Source of the DNA: Callorhinchus milii
Lineage: Eukaryota
DNA length: 64,000 nt
Assembly (NCBI RefSeq): GCF_018977255.1
Contig: NW_024704769.1
Coordinates: 3,906,001 to 3,970,000, forward strand
Reading direction: 5' to 3'
In this document: piece after piece, positions 45,914 to 58,500 of the stretch
How the letters are laid out: each line of letters begins with the position of its first letter
Position numbering within the stretch: the first letter of the stretch is position 1
Made by a program: the position numbers and the translations under genes
Notes under the pieces: generated by a model
Database searches by the model: none
Told to the model about the DNA's origin: nothing
The model's input: the letters and a program-made list of their open reading frames with translations, nothing else

Positions 45914-48900
45914 ACATAATGTATGGTCCTGGTTTAGATGTTCCTCTGGGTTATATTTCAATGTACAATGTACAAGTGCTGCCAGTGTTGTGTGTGTTTT
46001 GAAAGCTGTGCGAAGGGCCGACAGGAGTGATTGATTTCAGAATACCGTGGACTACTCAATACCAGGCTGTATCTTTATCTGGACGGGAATTACTCTAAGC
46101 ATGTAATACAGATGGCGTTGCTTAAAGAAACTTCCTACAAGAACTCCCCAAAGCTCCATCAGCCCTGATCCTCACCGATATCATGAGTTTTGTGGCTTAA
46201 CTTATCCATCTACCTCCTATTATGTTGAAATTGACAGGGTGCCTGTTATATTGTAGCCTTGTAGCAACTTCATGGCTGTTTGTGGGACATTACTGAGGAC
46301 CAATTAGCTGCCAATTTAAATTCCCGGTCGCTCCACTTTACAGTAAATCCTATGAAGCACTTTGGGATGTTTTGAGGGGATGAAAGGGTTTATATCAAAT
46401 GCAAGAATTAATATTATTATTATTGTTAGTGGGCTTCAGCCAGAGTCTCTCACAAAGATTCTCCAGTCTTTCGGGACCTTGATATATCTGTTGCCAGCTT
46501 ACCCAGCTTTGATGTTGGAAGCGTCACTGTTGGGTCTGTAAACTAAGCACCTTCAAACCTCATTAGAGCTGTTCTGGAGGTGTTTACGTCTAAGTGATGA
46601 GTTGGCTCCAAGGTGAGGCGCCTGGCAACAGAATATGTATGTGTGTATTTCCGGGGGTAATAAGCCCTCAAAAAAAATGTGGTCACTCAATCCACGACTG
46701 TTTGTGGGACACTGCTTCGCCCACAAAACATACAGTCAATTCATTTTACAGTATATTCTGTGAAGCGCTTTGAGACGTCTCAACCACATTTTAAGGCGCT
46801 AGATCAAATGCAAGGATTATTATTATTAAGTGACGACCGGTTCTAGATTTGTACTAGATTTGTTGACTGTCAAACTGGCATTGGGTGCTGGAGCTGTTCT
46901 GGATAGTCTGGCTGGTTAGGGCCTAAAGGCATGAATGGAGAATTCTCAAAGTATTATTCAAACCATCCACCTCTCACTCTCTGCTAACAAAAAGCCCTCA
47001 TGCTGTGCAACACACTTCCAGGAAGTTATGAGATGTCGATGCGTTAATTAAATAAACTCTTGAATTCCTGGGGTTGTTAGCTAACGTGGAGATAACAGGA
47101 AGCATCTGGAGGCCATTACAATAAGTCATTCGGGGTTAAATATGAACAAAAACATTCACACTAACTCTGGGGTTAATCCTCTGTATAACAGCAGGCAGTA
47201 GTCGCTCAGGAAATGATCATTTGTCAGTCTGTAATATCACAGTGCCGACCGGGGTAAAGATAGCTGATACCTCTGCCCTTCAGACATCAAGGACTTGTGG
47301 AGTCCTGTAGCCTATTGGTTAGGGCAATCGCCTCGCAAGGCAAGTTTCCTTACCCCACATGCCTCTATTTACCTAGTAAGGAACCCGCTTGTTAGTTGGT
47401 TAGTGGATTGCTTTCCTGCGTAACAAACCCATTAAAAAACTGTGGTCACTCATTCCACAACTCTTTATGCGACACTGCTTGTGCGCAATTGGCTGATTCA
47501 TTTTACTCACAAAACACAGTGACTACACTTTACAATATATTCTGTGAAGCGCTTTGAAATGTCTCAATGAATAGCGCCGCAGGTTCTTTAACGTCCACCT
47601 AAACAGGCACAGGCGGGGAGGTCGGTTTGACGGCTCATCTGAAGGACTGCACTTCCGACAATGAAATCCCCCCCACCGCCCCCCACAGCTCTGTATTGGA
47701 GCGTCAGCTTACCCAGCTTTGATGTTGGAAGCTTCACTGTTGGGTCTGTTGGGATTGTGTGATTCCAGGTCCTGAACTGGTTTCCATGTTCACCAACAAA
47801 ACATTGTCACTCAACATTAAATCCCTGTGAAGCATTTCCAACATGAAAGGCGCTTATTATCATCAGCCTGTTCCTGATCTCCCTCCCGCTCAGCGAGTTT
47901 CTCTTTTACGGGGGGGTAACTTGGCAACACTTGTGTCACACGATGTGTTATAAAACAATCCAGCCTTGAGTGAGCATCAAAAGTACGAGTTTGAAAGCTG
48001 GATTTATAATGTTGGCTCGTCACCAGAAAACAGAAATTTATAGGCAGCCGATGAAAGTAAAGACACATCCAGAAATTGTTCTTGGCTCACCCCCTCCCCG
48101 TGATCAAACTGCCTACAGGACTGCGCAATGAAACTCTAACCCAACACCCTTCCTTCCAAGCAACCTTGTCCCAACCACCTTTCCATCCCTGGGTTTTCCC
48201 TTGCCAGTGTTATAATAAACCTTGAATTTGATATAACATCTTATCACATTGTTGAGACATCACAAAATGCTTCACAGAATATACTATAGAGTGGGTTGAC
48301 TGTATTTTGTGCGCAAAACGTTGCAGCCAGTTGCGCACAGCAGTGTCCCAATCGTGGATTGAGATATCGCATCTTTTTTTTTGGAAGGGATTATTATCCC
48401 CAGAAACGATCCGCCAATCGACTAACAACCAGGTTCCTAGTTACTGCTAGGTAAACAGAGGCCTGTGTGTGGAATAAGGAAACTTATCTAAGCTTTCACC
48501 CCGCCTGGGAATCAAATCCGAGTCCTCTCGCTGAGCTAAGTGCGCCAACCACTACACTACAAGATGTTTTCACAGTAAGCGTCAGGCAATACTGTTGAAA
48601 CACACAGTGACACCTGCCTTCCTGCAATATGAGAGCAATCCATTACCTATAGTTATCCTAGAACAAAAAACCTTCACACTTGTCATTACCAAACCACAGG
48701 CCAAAGGGGTGATTGAAACTGACTTGAAGCAGTGATGGCCCTCTCACTCCAAGTGTTTCCTTGGAGTCTTTCATTGTAGCGGGTTAAGTAGAGAGCGACC
48801 TAGACTTCAATGGGAATCGAAGACGTAAATTGGATGAAAAAGCCAGTTCCTCTAAAGCCATAATTTGATGGAAACCATGTGTTTATTCTACACGTTACAA

Positions 48901-51900
48901 GTGAGGTTAGAACTCAGCTTTGTTTCCAGTCAAGCTACTCTTGTGACAGAACCCGTGATTAGCACACACTTTACATGAGTCAGAGGTCAGCGTGCCCACA
49001 GAGGTGAAGCTCTCTCTCTGTCTCTCTTTCTCTCTGTGCGCTTTATTTTGCTTAGATAAAGGCGCAAATAAGAATACAAACTTATAATAATAATAATCCG
49101 TGCATTTGATATAGCGCCTTAGCCCGTCATGGAGATGCCTCAAAGCGCTTCACAGAATATATTGTAAAGTGAATTGACTGTATATTTTGTGGGCAAAACA
49201 CGGCAGCCAATTGCCCACAGCAGCGTCCCCACAAACAGTTGTGGATTGAGTGACCAATTTTTTTGAAGGGATTATTACTCCATAAAACGATCCACCAATC
49301 AACTAACAACCAGGTTCCTACTTACTGCAAGTGAAACAGAGGCGTGTGTGTAGGAAGGAGTAAGGAAACTTGCCTAAGGTTTCACCTTGATCCGCCCAGG
49401 AATGGAACCCGGGTCCTCCTGCTTGTGAGTTGAGTGCTATGATTCTAAAGCTACAAGAGTATCAAAGCTCCTCAGCACTTCATCACAAGAACATTCTTAA
49501 ATCCCTCCGGATGAGGAAGAATCTGTCAAATATTCCAGATTAATCTTCTTGTGGATTCCATGTTCGTGCTAGGATCTGGAGAGAGGAATGTCTTGACTCC
49601 CAACCACCACAGAAGTGGACATTTCCCAACAAGATCATCCTGGGAGGAGGGTGTGGAGGGACGCTCAAGAGGTTGGAAGCTTAAAAAAAATCTTTCTTAC
49701 CCAAAAGGACAGCCACTTTGGGGATATATATCATACGTTTCTCAAAAGGCCGCAATAAAAGCTGAAATATGTGCACAGATTGTTCCATTCCATCTTCTAC
49801 AATGGAGCTGGGAATTGGCATTGTGTTGTCTTTCTCCCTTACAATTCTGTTTCCTCCTCTCCCGAAGACGTCAACTCATAACTGGGTCCACGGCTCCCAA
49901 ACATCTCAGGTATCCAGGCCATTCTTAACTCCCCATCTGCCTGTTCATGTGGACGTTAAAGATCTCCCACGGCACTATTCGAAAAGAGAAGGGAGTTTTC
50001 TCTCTCCAGGTGTCCTGGCCAACAAATCTTTCAAATACAATTGGTCACTCACTCACCCCATGGCTGTAATCACGTCACTGAGACGTCTCAAAGCGCTTCA
50101 CAGAATATACTGTAAAGTGAATTGACTGTGTATTTTGTGGGTGAAACACGGCAGCCAATTGCGCACAGCAGTGTCCCCACAAACAGTCGTGGATTCAGTG
50201 ACCAAATAATTATTTTTTTTAATTAATGTTTTGAAGGGATTATTACCCCCTAAATCATCCAGAAGCCTGACAATGTCAGATACACACTGAGGAGTACCGA
50301 GTATTGTTTTAGCGTTTAAACAGACAGACATCCATGTAAAGTGTTTATTTTGTGTAAAAACCTGATCCTGTGGTTTGGCACAGACCCATTACCAATCTAA
50401 CTCAATCATTTGTAAACCAATTCAAAGTCAACGTGACAGGCAGTGAATTCCTTCCTGATAAACATTGTAATATCAGAGATCTTGGCTGCAATTAGCTCTC
50501 GATTCTTGAGCCTCTCTCTAGAGGATCTTAAAGTGCTGTGTGTTGGGTACATACTTGGTCTGAAAGTCATAACAAGAGCAGAGAAACTTACAGAAATACA
50601 TCTTCACAAAACTTCCAGGCGATTGCTCAGGTTTATAATAATCCTTGCGTTTGATATTGCACCTTCTCACGTAGTCGAGAGTCTCAAAGGATACACTGTA
50701 AAGTGAATTGACTTTCTATTTTCATGGGTGAAACTCGGCAGCCAATTGCGCACAGCAGTGTCCCACAACAGCCATGGATTGAGTGACCAAATTATTATTA
50801 ATATTTTTTTGGGAGGGAAAGAAAGTAATCTACCAATCGACTAACAACCGGGTTCCTACTTACTGCTGGTAAACAGAGGGGTGCGCGTGTGTGGAATAAG
50901 AAAACTTGCCTAAGGTTTCACTCCGACCCGCCCGGGAATTAAACCTCGCTTACGAGGCGAGTGCTGTAACTACTACAGGACTCCACAAAAACTCAGGTTT
51001 GGGTTAGTTACATCTTGTGAAAAGAGAACAGTGAAAGTTTGGGGAAACTTTTTAAACTCTGGTGATGTTTTTGTGCTGTGTTGGCTGTTAGCCCACTTCG
51101 CTGTGCGAGATTTTCCTGCACAAATCAGGCTACGTAGACAGCAATGACTTGTCAAGCTGCTCCACATAGTTGTACTAGACAGTTCCGAGACAGGCCATTA
51201 GCCTCTTCAGACCTCCAGGGACCCTGAAAGTGATCCCTTTCCTCTCAGTTCAGGGTGGAATAGTGCTGCGTGTGTTCAGATTGCCTTGAATGATAGCAGA
51301 GAGGCACTGAACTCTACTCACTGTCACTGATGAACCCACCTCTCTCTACGCAGACCTCTGCGAAGTGTTCTGTAGGAAACAGCACATCCCTGTTGAAATG
51401 TTTCAAATCCCCAACTGTCCAGCGACTTGGGACGTCCTCCTGATGTGAATGTAATTTGTTGTTGTTGTTGCTTACGCTCCACTAGCTTCAATCCACATTT
51501 TGTCGGACGCTGCTGTGTGCAATTGGCTGCCGCGTTTTGCCCACAAAATGCAGTCACTACACGCTACTGTGCATTCTGTGAAGCACTTTGGGACATATCA
51601 ATGACATGATAATGTGCTTTACCAAATGCAAAGATTATTATTATATATAATTCTAAAACTTATGCAAGTTTTACAGTAGGTTTTTACACCTTTTTTGTTA
51701 AACTCCTTACAGTTTTACTCTCACGTATATAATAATAATAATAATGACTAAATCAGTTATACTCACAAGGACAGTGACTGATTCACTGGCTGATTCATTC
51801 TCCATCCTGACTCATGTTCGCTGTTCAGAAGGAAAGAGAGAGAGAGAGAAACTCTGCCAATTTTTTCCTCCTTTCTACTGTAATTCAGACCCTGTGTGTG

Positions 51901-52525
51901 TGTGGGGGGGGGGGGGGGCGTTTATTTCCTCTCCTTATTGCTTGCCTTGCAGCTGACTGCCAACCAACCTCAGTCAGACAGCTAAGAAAAGAGAGACAGA
52001 CAGAGTGAGAGCTTCGAGGAGGGAGGGAGGGAGGGAAAGAGAGAGGGAGGTTCAAACCCAGTCTGTTTTACAATCAAAGAGAAACAAGCAGTGCCTACAG
52101 AGTGTAGTGTGTCTGCAGGCTCTACACACACACACACTCTCTCTCTCTCAAAAATCCTTCTCAGTCTCACTCACCAGGGACCCTAGCGATTGGGGAATCA
52201 AAGCTGCTGATCAGAGCTGCAGGTTAATCAGAAAGGATACTCAGTACAGGACAGCACAACGTGGCAGAGGATTGTGGTGTTAGCTAACATTGGAGATTTC
52301 CATCGCCAGTCCCCTCTGTCTGGATGAACATTGCTACAGAGCGTTGATGCCCGGAATTCACCACTGTTGGGAGCTCTAAGCTGCTGGTTTCCTATTGCAA
52401 GCTGTTGCATTGCCTCTGGTATCTGTCTGCCCCTAACTGAGCTGCTCTCAGCCCCTATCTTTAAGGCTGCCTGTGTATTGCTTTGGGACATCCGTGTCTC
52501 CTGTTTCTGGTCGCTATTGTAAGCA

Positions 52526-55500
52526 ATGGGAATGACTTCACCTCTCACTCTACTCCTCCTGCTGCTGTGGTCTCTCAGTCACAAGTCTGTACTGAAGGCA
52601 CAAGCCTCTGCACCTCCTGATAGACACAGCCTCGCTGACCCCCACACCCTCCCAGCCCCAGCATCTCCAGGGGAGGATGTTGCTGAAAACCCAGGAGCCT
52701 CGATGCCACTGGATCCCAAGAAGAAGGGCTTCAAAGCCAAGGTGGAAAAGCCCAGGAAGAAAGTAAAGGCAGCTGGTGAGTTCAGCTCAATGTGCTTCTC
52801 AGTTAACATGATGTGAAGAAGGTTAAGTAGGCAGCAGGTGGACCTGCAGTGTCAGCCTGGCTCAGCGGTAGCGCTCTCTCTACCTCTCTCGCCTCCGAGT
52901 CAGAAAGTTTGGGTTCAAGCCCCCACGGCGGGACTTGGAATCACAGTCTTAGCTGATGCTCCAAAGCAGCGCTGGGGGTGGGGGGGTGTTGCATTGTCGG
53001 AGACGCCGTCCTTTCGGATGAAACTGCGCCCTGTTCAGGTGGATGTTAATGATGATAATAATCCTTGCATTTGATATAGCGCCTTATCATGTTGAGAAGT
53101 CTCAAAGTGCTTCACAGAATATAATGTACAGTGAATATTTTGGACTTTATATCCCGCGGTGCTATTCGGAAAGAGAAGGGAGTTTTTCTCTCCCGATGTC
53201 CTGGCCAACAAGATAGAAATACTGTAAATGAAAGGCTGTCACTGGCATAAATTGTCCAACATGCATCTTAAAATCAAACCGAGAAAGATGGGAAGAAATA
53301 TCAACTGATTGCTCTCCTCACATATGGTTTAACAGAGAGAGAGGAACATCGATCTGACACCTCTCATTATGTGGGGGTTAACAAGACAATAAGCACAAAT
53401 GTAGAGTGTGTTTCATGTCGGGAGGACGTCCCAAGGAACTATAGGGCTAAGTACAACCTGACTCAGTCACCTAATAGTGGAAAAGACAGTGTTGGATTGT
53501 CTTCAAATCCCTTCACTCTCTGACACCTTCCGACCTCTCCAACCTGTTTACTCCCCAACCCACTACGCGCACATTGCCTCCGCTCGACTGGCTCCGGCCT
53601 CCTGCTTGTCCCTTGTGCCCTCCGCTCCACCATCGGTGGCTGCTCTTTTAGCCACTATGCCCCGAAACTCCGGAACTCTCTCCCTCAAACCCTCCTTCCC
53701 CATTTTCAGGTCACGTCTAAAGACCTTCCTCGTTGACCGTGCCTACGGTCACCTTCCCCCCATTCTCCCGGCTCGTCACCATGCTCCGTCACTGTCAAGC
53801 GCTCTGGGATGCTACCCTGTGTGAGGGGGCGCTGTGTAAATGCAAGTTGTTGTTGTCTTTAAATTCTAATATCAAAGTGTGAAGACCCCACAGTGTCTCT
53901 GAAGATTGACTGTGTTATTAAGTGCTTGTGCCTCTCTATCTTTTGACAGAAAGAGACAAGAACCCAACAGAGGAAAATCCCCCAGATCCCAAACTCGGGG
54001 CGATGCCCATAAAACGGAGAGACACAGATAACAAGGCCCTGAAGCCCAGACCATCGAAAGCTCCTAAGAACACGGAGAAGGGGAAGAAACCCAAAGAGAA
54101 AGCGGCCAAGCCCAAGAAAGAGAAGAATAAGAAGGAAAAAACACCCAAACCGAAGAAAGAGAAGAAAGTCAAAGAGAAACGTCCGAAAGCCGAGAAAGAG
54201 AAGAAAAAAAAGGACAGAAGTCCGAAAGCTGAGAAAGAGAAAAAAGGCAAGAAACCGGGTAAGAAACCTGGGAAACCCGAGACAACAACTCCCGGGGAGA
54301 AGGAAGAACACCCAGGTAAAGAGCAAGAATTGAATGTTTGTGTGAGACAGTCTGGTTCCCTTGTTTGCTCTCCCATAGGAACAGGAGGAGGCCATTCAGC
54401 CCCTCGATCCTGTTCTGCCATTCTATCAGATCGTCGCTGATGTGCACCTCAATTCCAAAGACCCATCTTTAATAATTAATATATCTCATAAAAGGAAGCT
54501 TTTCCAGAAAAAGTGACTATTCCAAACTATTTCATTTTGGAGCGAACACAAGGAAATCAATGTAAAGCGCTGCTTTTATGATCTGGCGGCTGACAATGTG
54601 TCATCAATGCCATGTTAATGCACTGCATGTGGAATGGGTTTGGCAAAGAAAACTAAGGATGCGTAAGCCAATGCCAAGTGTCACATGTGCAGTTGCGTAC
54701 TTACTGCCTTCAGACATATCTGGTCCTTTAGTTCATGTGGTCATAACAAGCTGCGTCTCTTTCTAAATGCCTGTTTCTCGTGTTGATCGCAGATGCTTCT
54801 CAGACCAACTCGTAGCCAAGCAATCCTGACAGGACCATAAATCCTAACACAGCCCTGACAGAAGTAATAATAATCCTAGCCTTTGAGCCGTCTCAAAGCG
54901 CTGCACAGAGTATACTGTAAAATGTAGGAATCATATATTTTGTGACACAACTTTTTTTTTAGGGGATTATTACCCCCAGAAAGCGATCCGTCAATTGACT
55001 AACAACCGGGTTCCTACTTACTGCTAGGTAAACAGAGGCTTGTGGACTAAGGAAACCTGCCCGGGAATCGAACCCGGATTCGAAGAAGTGGCAGGACCCT
55101 CTGGGGGAAGGGGGAATGTTCGCAGAGTATTTGGTGCACAAAATCCACCACATACCTTCGGTCACTAAACCACCACACAAAGCGAAACATCGGTGCGTTA
55201 CGTAAATTCAGCCCTGGCGTCTGTCAAAAAAATGAGCCCGAAGCTTGCACAGCCTCTCGGTACAGTGGAGGGCATTTAGGAAAAGGCCGTTTGAAGTAGG
55301 AAAGGATTAATGCAGCTGGAGTGCAGTCCATTTGTAATCTGAGACGTGAATTGGCAAGCGTTCAGATTTCTGGAGACTTCTTCCTTCAAACACTCCGTTT
55401 GCCACAAACCTTCACACACACAGACTGCAATCCCTTAGCAGGGGGCGTCCCTGTTAACTCTCAGCTGTCCTTTACAACATGCGCTTCACTAATAATAATA

Positions 55501-58500
55501 CCTCATCTGCCCAGCGTAAAGCAAAAGAGACATTGCCATTCGCAGTGAGTGGGATGGAGGTCTGTGGATTTCCTTGCTTGCTATTTCATCACTCAATCCA
55601 CGACTGTTTGTGGGGACACTGCTGTGCACAATTGGCTGCCGGGTTTCACCCACAAAATACACAGTCAATCCACTTTACAAAATATTCTGTGAAGCCCTTT
55701 GAGACGTCTCAACAATGTAATAAGACGCTGTAACAAATACAAGGACTATTATTATTATTATTCTACCGGCGTTTAGTGAGAGGACGACCACCCTTAAGTT
55801 TTCCCTGCGATACTGGGGGTATTGTTCCATTTCACAATCTTTCTGTTGTTTCCAACATGAGGCTAATCCTACAAACTGACCTTTCCTTGCATATCTCATG
55901 TGTTCCCTGTGTGAGGCCCCACGCTTATACCAGAGGTCAGGCTCCATCTTTCCTCCTGCAAAGGCAGACGGCATTCCGCTCGCCGCATTGTAATGTCACA
56001 CTCACATTCATGAAACCCAGCCTTTGCTGTTCTTGGTAACAGCCTGCATACCTAGGGGACTGCCAGACTAGGTTGTGTAACGTCAGGGCAGTAATGGGAA
56101 CCAGAGATTCTCCTCTCCACTCTTTATTACAGAATATGCTAAAAACATACAAAACATTATTATAATCCTTGCTTTTGATACTGCGCCTTATCACCTCTTC
56201 GAGGGGTCTCAAAGTGCTTTGCGGAATTATACTGTAAAATGTAGTGACTGTACATTTTATGGGTGAAACATGGCAGCCAATTGCGCACAACAGTGTCCCA
56301 CAAACAGAAGTGGATTGAGTGACCAAATTATTATTATTTTTTTAAAAAATGTTTAAGGGAGTTTTACCCCCAGAAAGTGATCCGCCAATCGACTAACAAC
56401 CGGGTTTGTACTAACTGCTCGGTAAACAGAGGCGTGTGGAGGAAGGAAATGTCCAACAAAATGTGTCCGACAGCTTAGCTATGTCAAGTTAAAGGAATAA
56501 GGAAGATCATTGATCAGTTACAACTCGCGTTACACACGTCTGTTGATTTCTGACCGACAGGTATTCCCACCGAACCCAGCACAAAACTGGAAAAGCTTCT
56601 GATAGAGGAGAAAACACGTAAGTGTGAGCGTGCGAGAGAATGGAAAGTTACTGTCTTTATGAACAGTAGTGATGGCAGCTAAATGTGGGTTAAGATACTG
56701 TGAAAATATAAAACACCTAAAATACATACTCAAAGTGACAAAAAGCAGTCCATCAGTCATTGCCTTTGGCCTTGACTTTGTTTTTCCGTTTAGTATATTA
56801 ATGTAACACTTACGTCCAGTCTTGTTCTCTCGGTCCCACAATCCCAGACCCTTAAGTGTTATGGAGTGCTGTGGCCTAGTGGTTAGCGCACTCACGTCGC
56901 AAGCAAGAGGACCCAGGTTCGATTCCCGGGCAGGGCCAAACTTTAGACAGGGGAGGGAGATTAAGGGAGAGAGATTCGGATTAAAACTCATATCAAGATA
57001 AACGAGCGTTTCTGACTGTCTGTCAAAATCTGTTCTCTTGGGTTTTTTTTCTCCCAGCGGAGCCAACAATTCCTCCGATCGAGCCCATTACTGAGACGCC
57101 TTTTGAATATTACTTCACAGAGAAATACAGTGAGAAATGGGAATTCCCTGAGGAGGGTAAGTGAAGTTTCCACTTCCTGCTGTTCAGACAGAAAGAACCA
57201 ACAATACATTCCATTTACACAGCACCTTTTACGTCAGGAGGACGTTCCAAGGCGCTGGACAGTCAGGGATTTGGACCCGAACTGGGGGTTAGGATCAGGA
57301 GAGGTGGAGGGCAGGGTGGGTGGGGGTAGGGTGTTGACCTAGGAGGGTCTTGAAGCAGGAAAGGAAAGGGATGTGGAGGAGGGACTGTGGGATGGAGTTC
57401 CAAGGCGTGGGCACAGAGAAGCCGAATATCTGACCACCAATGGTGGGGTAGGCTGGACGGGAGATGTGGAAAAGACCAGAGCCCTCTCAGTGGAGAGGGG
57501 TCTATACGGAGTTAGCAGGTCGCAGAGGTGGGGAGGAGCAAAACCGTGGGGGGCTTTGAAAGCGAGGACGAAGATTTTGAACTCTATCCTCTGGGAGCCA
57601 GTAGAGCCAGACCAAAGGTGACAGGAATGTCGGGCTTCTGAGTGGTGCATCAAGCCTGAGGGCCAGAGAACGTTGTATAGCACAGAGTTGTTCTTGGTAA
57701 AACATGATGCTCTACTGTTTTCTTTCGCAGTTGAGCCCACAGAAGCTGCCATTCCACCGCCTGAGAGAGATTACTACGATTACGGAATAGATGAAGATGG
57801 TACGTTCAACAGAACTTGATGTTTTTTTCGGGAAAATCACTTTTGTAACATAAGAAAACTTTTAATACGTTATTTTTTTGAAGGGATTAATAGTCATAAT
57901 ATGAATCCCTTAATAACAAATAGGTTTTAAAAAATTAGGTGACTCAATCCACGACTGTTTGTGGGACGCTGCTGTGGGCATTTGGCTGCTGCGTTTTGTC
58001 CACAAAATATATAGTCGATTAACTTTACAGTATATTCGGTGAAGCGCTTTAAGACATCACGTCGACACGATTAGACGCTGTATCAATTGCAAGGATTATT
58101 ATTCTTTGCTCTCGTTTTAAGAGTATTATTTCTTTCATTTCAGTCAAGTGGAGCAAACCAGAAGAACCGAAGGAACCACATAGCAAGACGCTTGACGAAG
58201 AGATAGGAGTTGAGATCGAACTGGAGATAGAGGAAGTGGAACCAGACTATGATGGAGAATGTAAGGCTGACACCTGTCTCTTAGCTTGTCGTCTGAAAAT
58301 ATATCACACTAATCCAGCCGTGCACTGGAGAGTTGGTCACAGTGACCTGTTGATATTCTGTTGATAAGGAGCTGTCAAAGTGGGACAGGAGAGAGCAGTT
58401 GATTGAAAACTCTGGGATGAAGATTTAATTCTAGCCTGGTCACACCATATAGACCTGTCCGCTCCCTCCACTCAGCGGGCTCCTGCCTGCTCCACATCCC

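Noticed and set aside
53859-54421. Long Phe/Leu/Ser-rich minus-strand ORFs (178 and 161 aa) that look membrane-like
   Set aside because: Antisense shadows of the Lys/Glu-rich AEBP1 exon 2.
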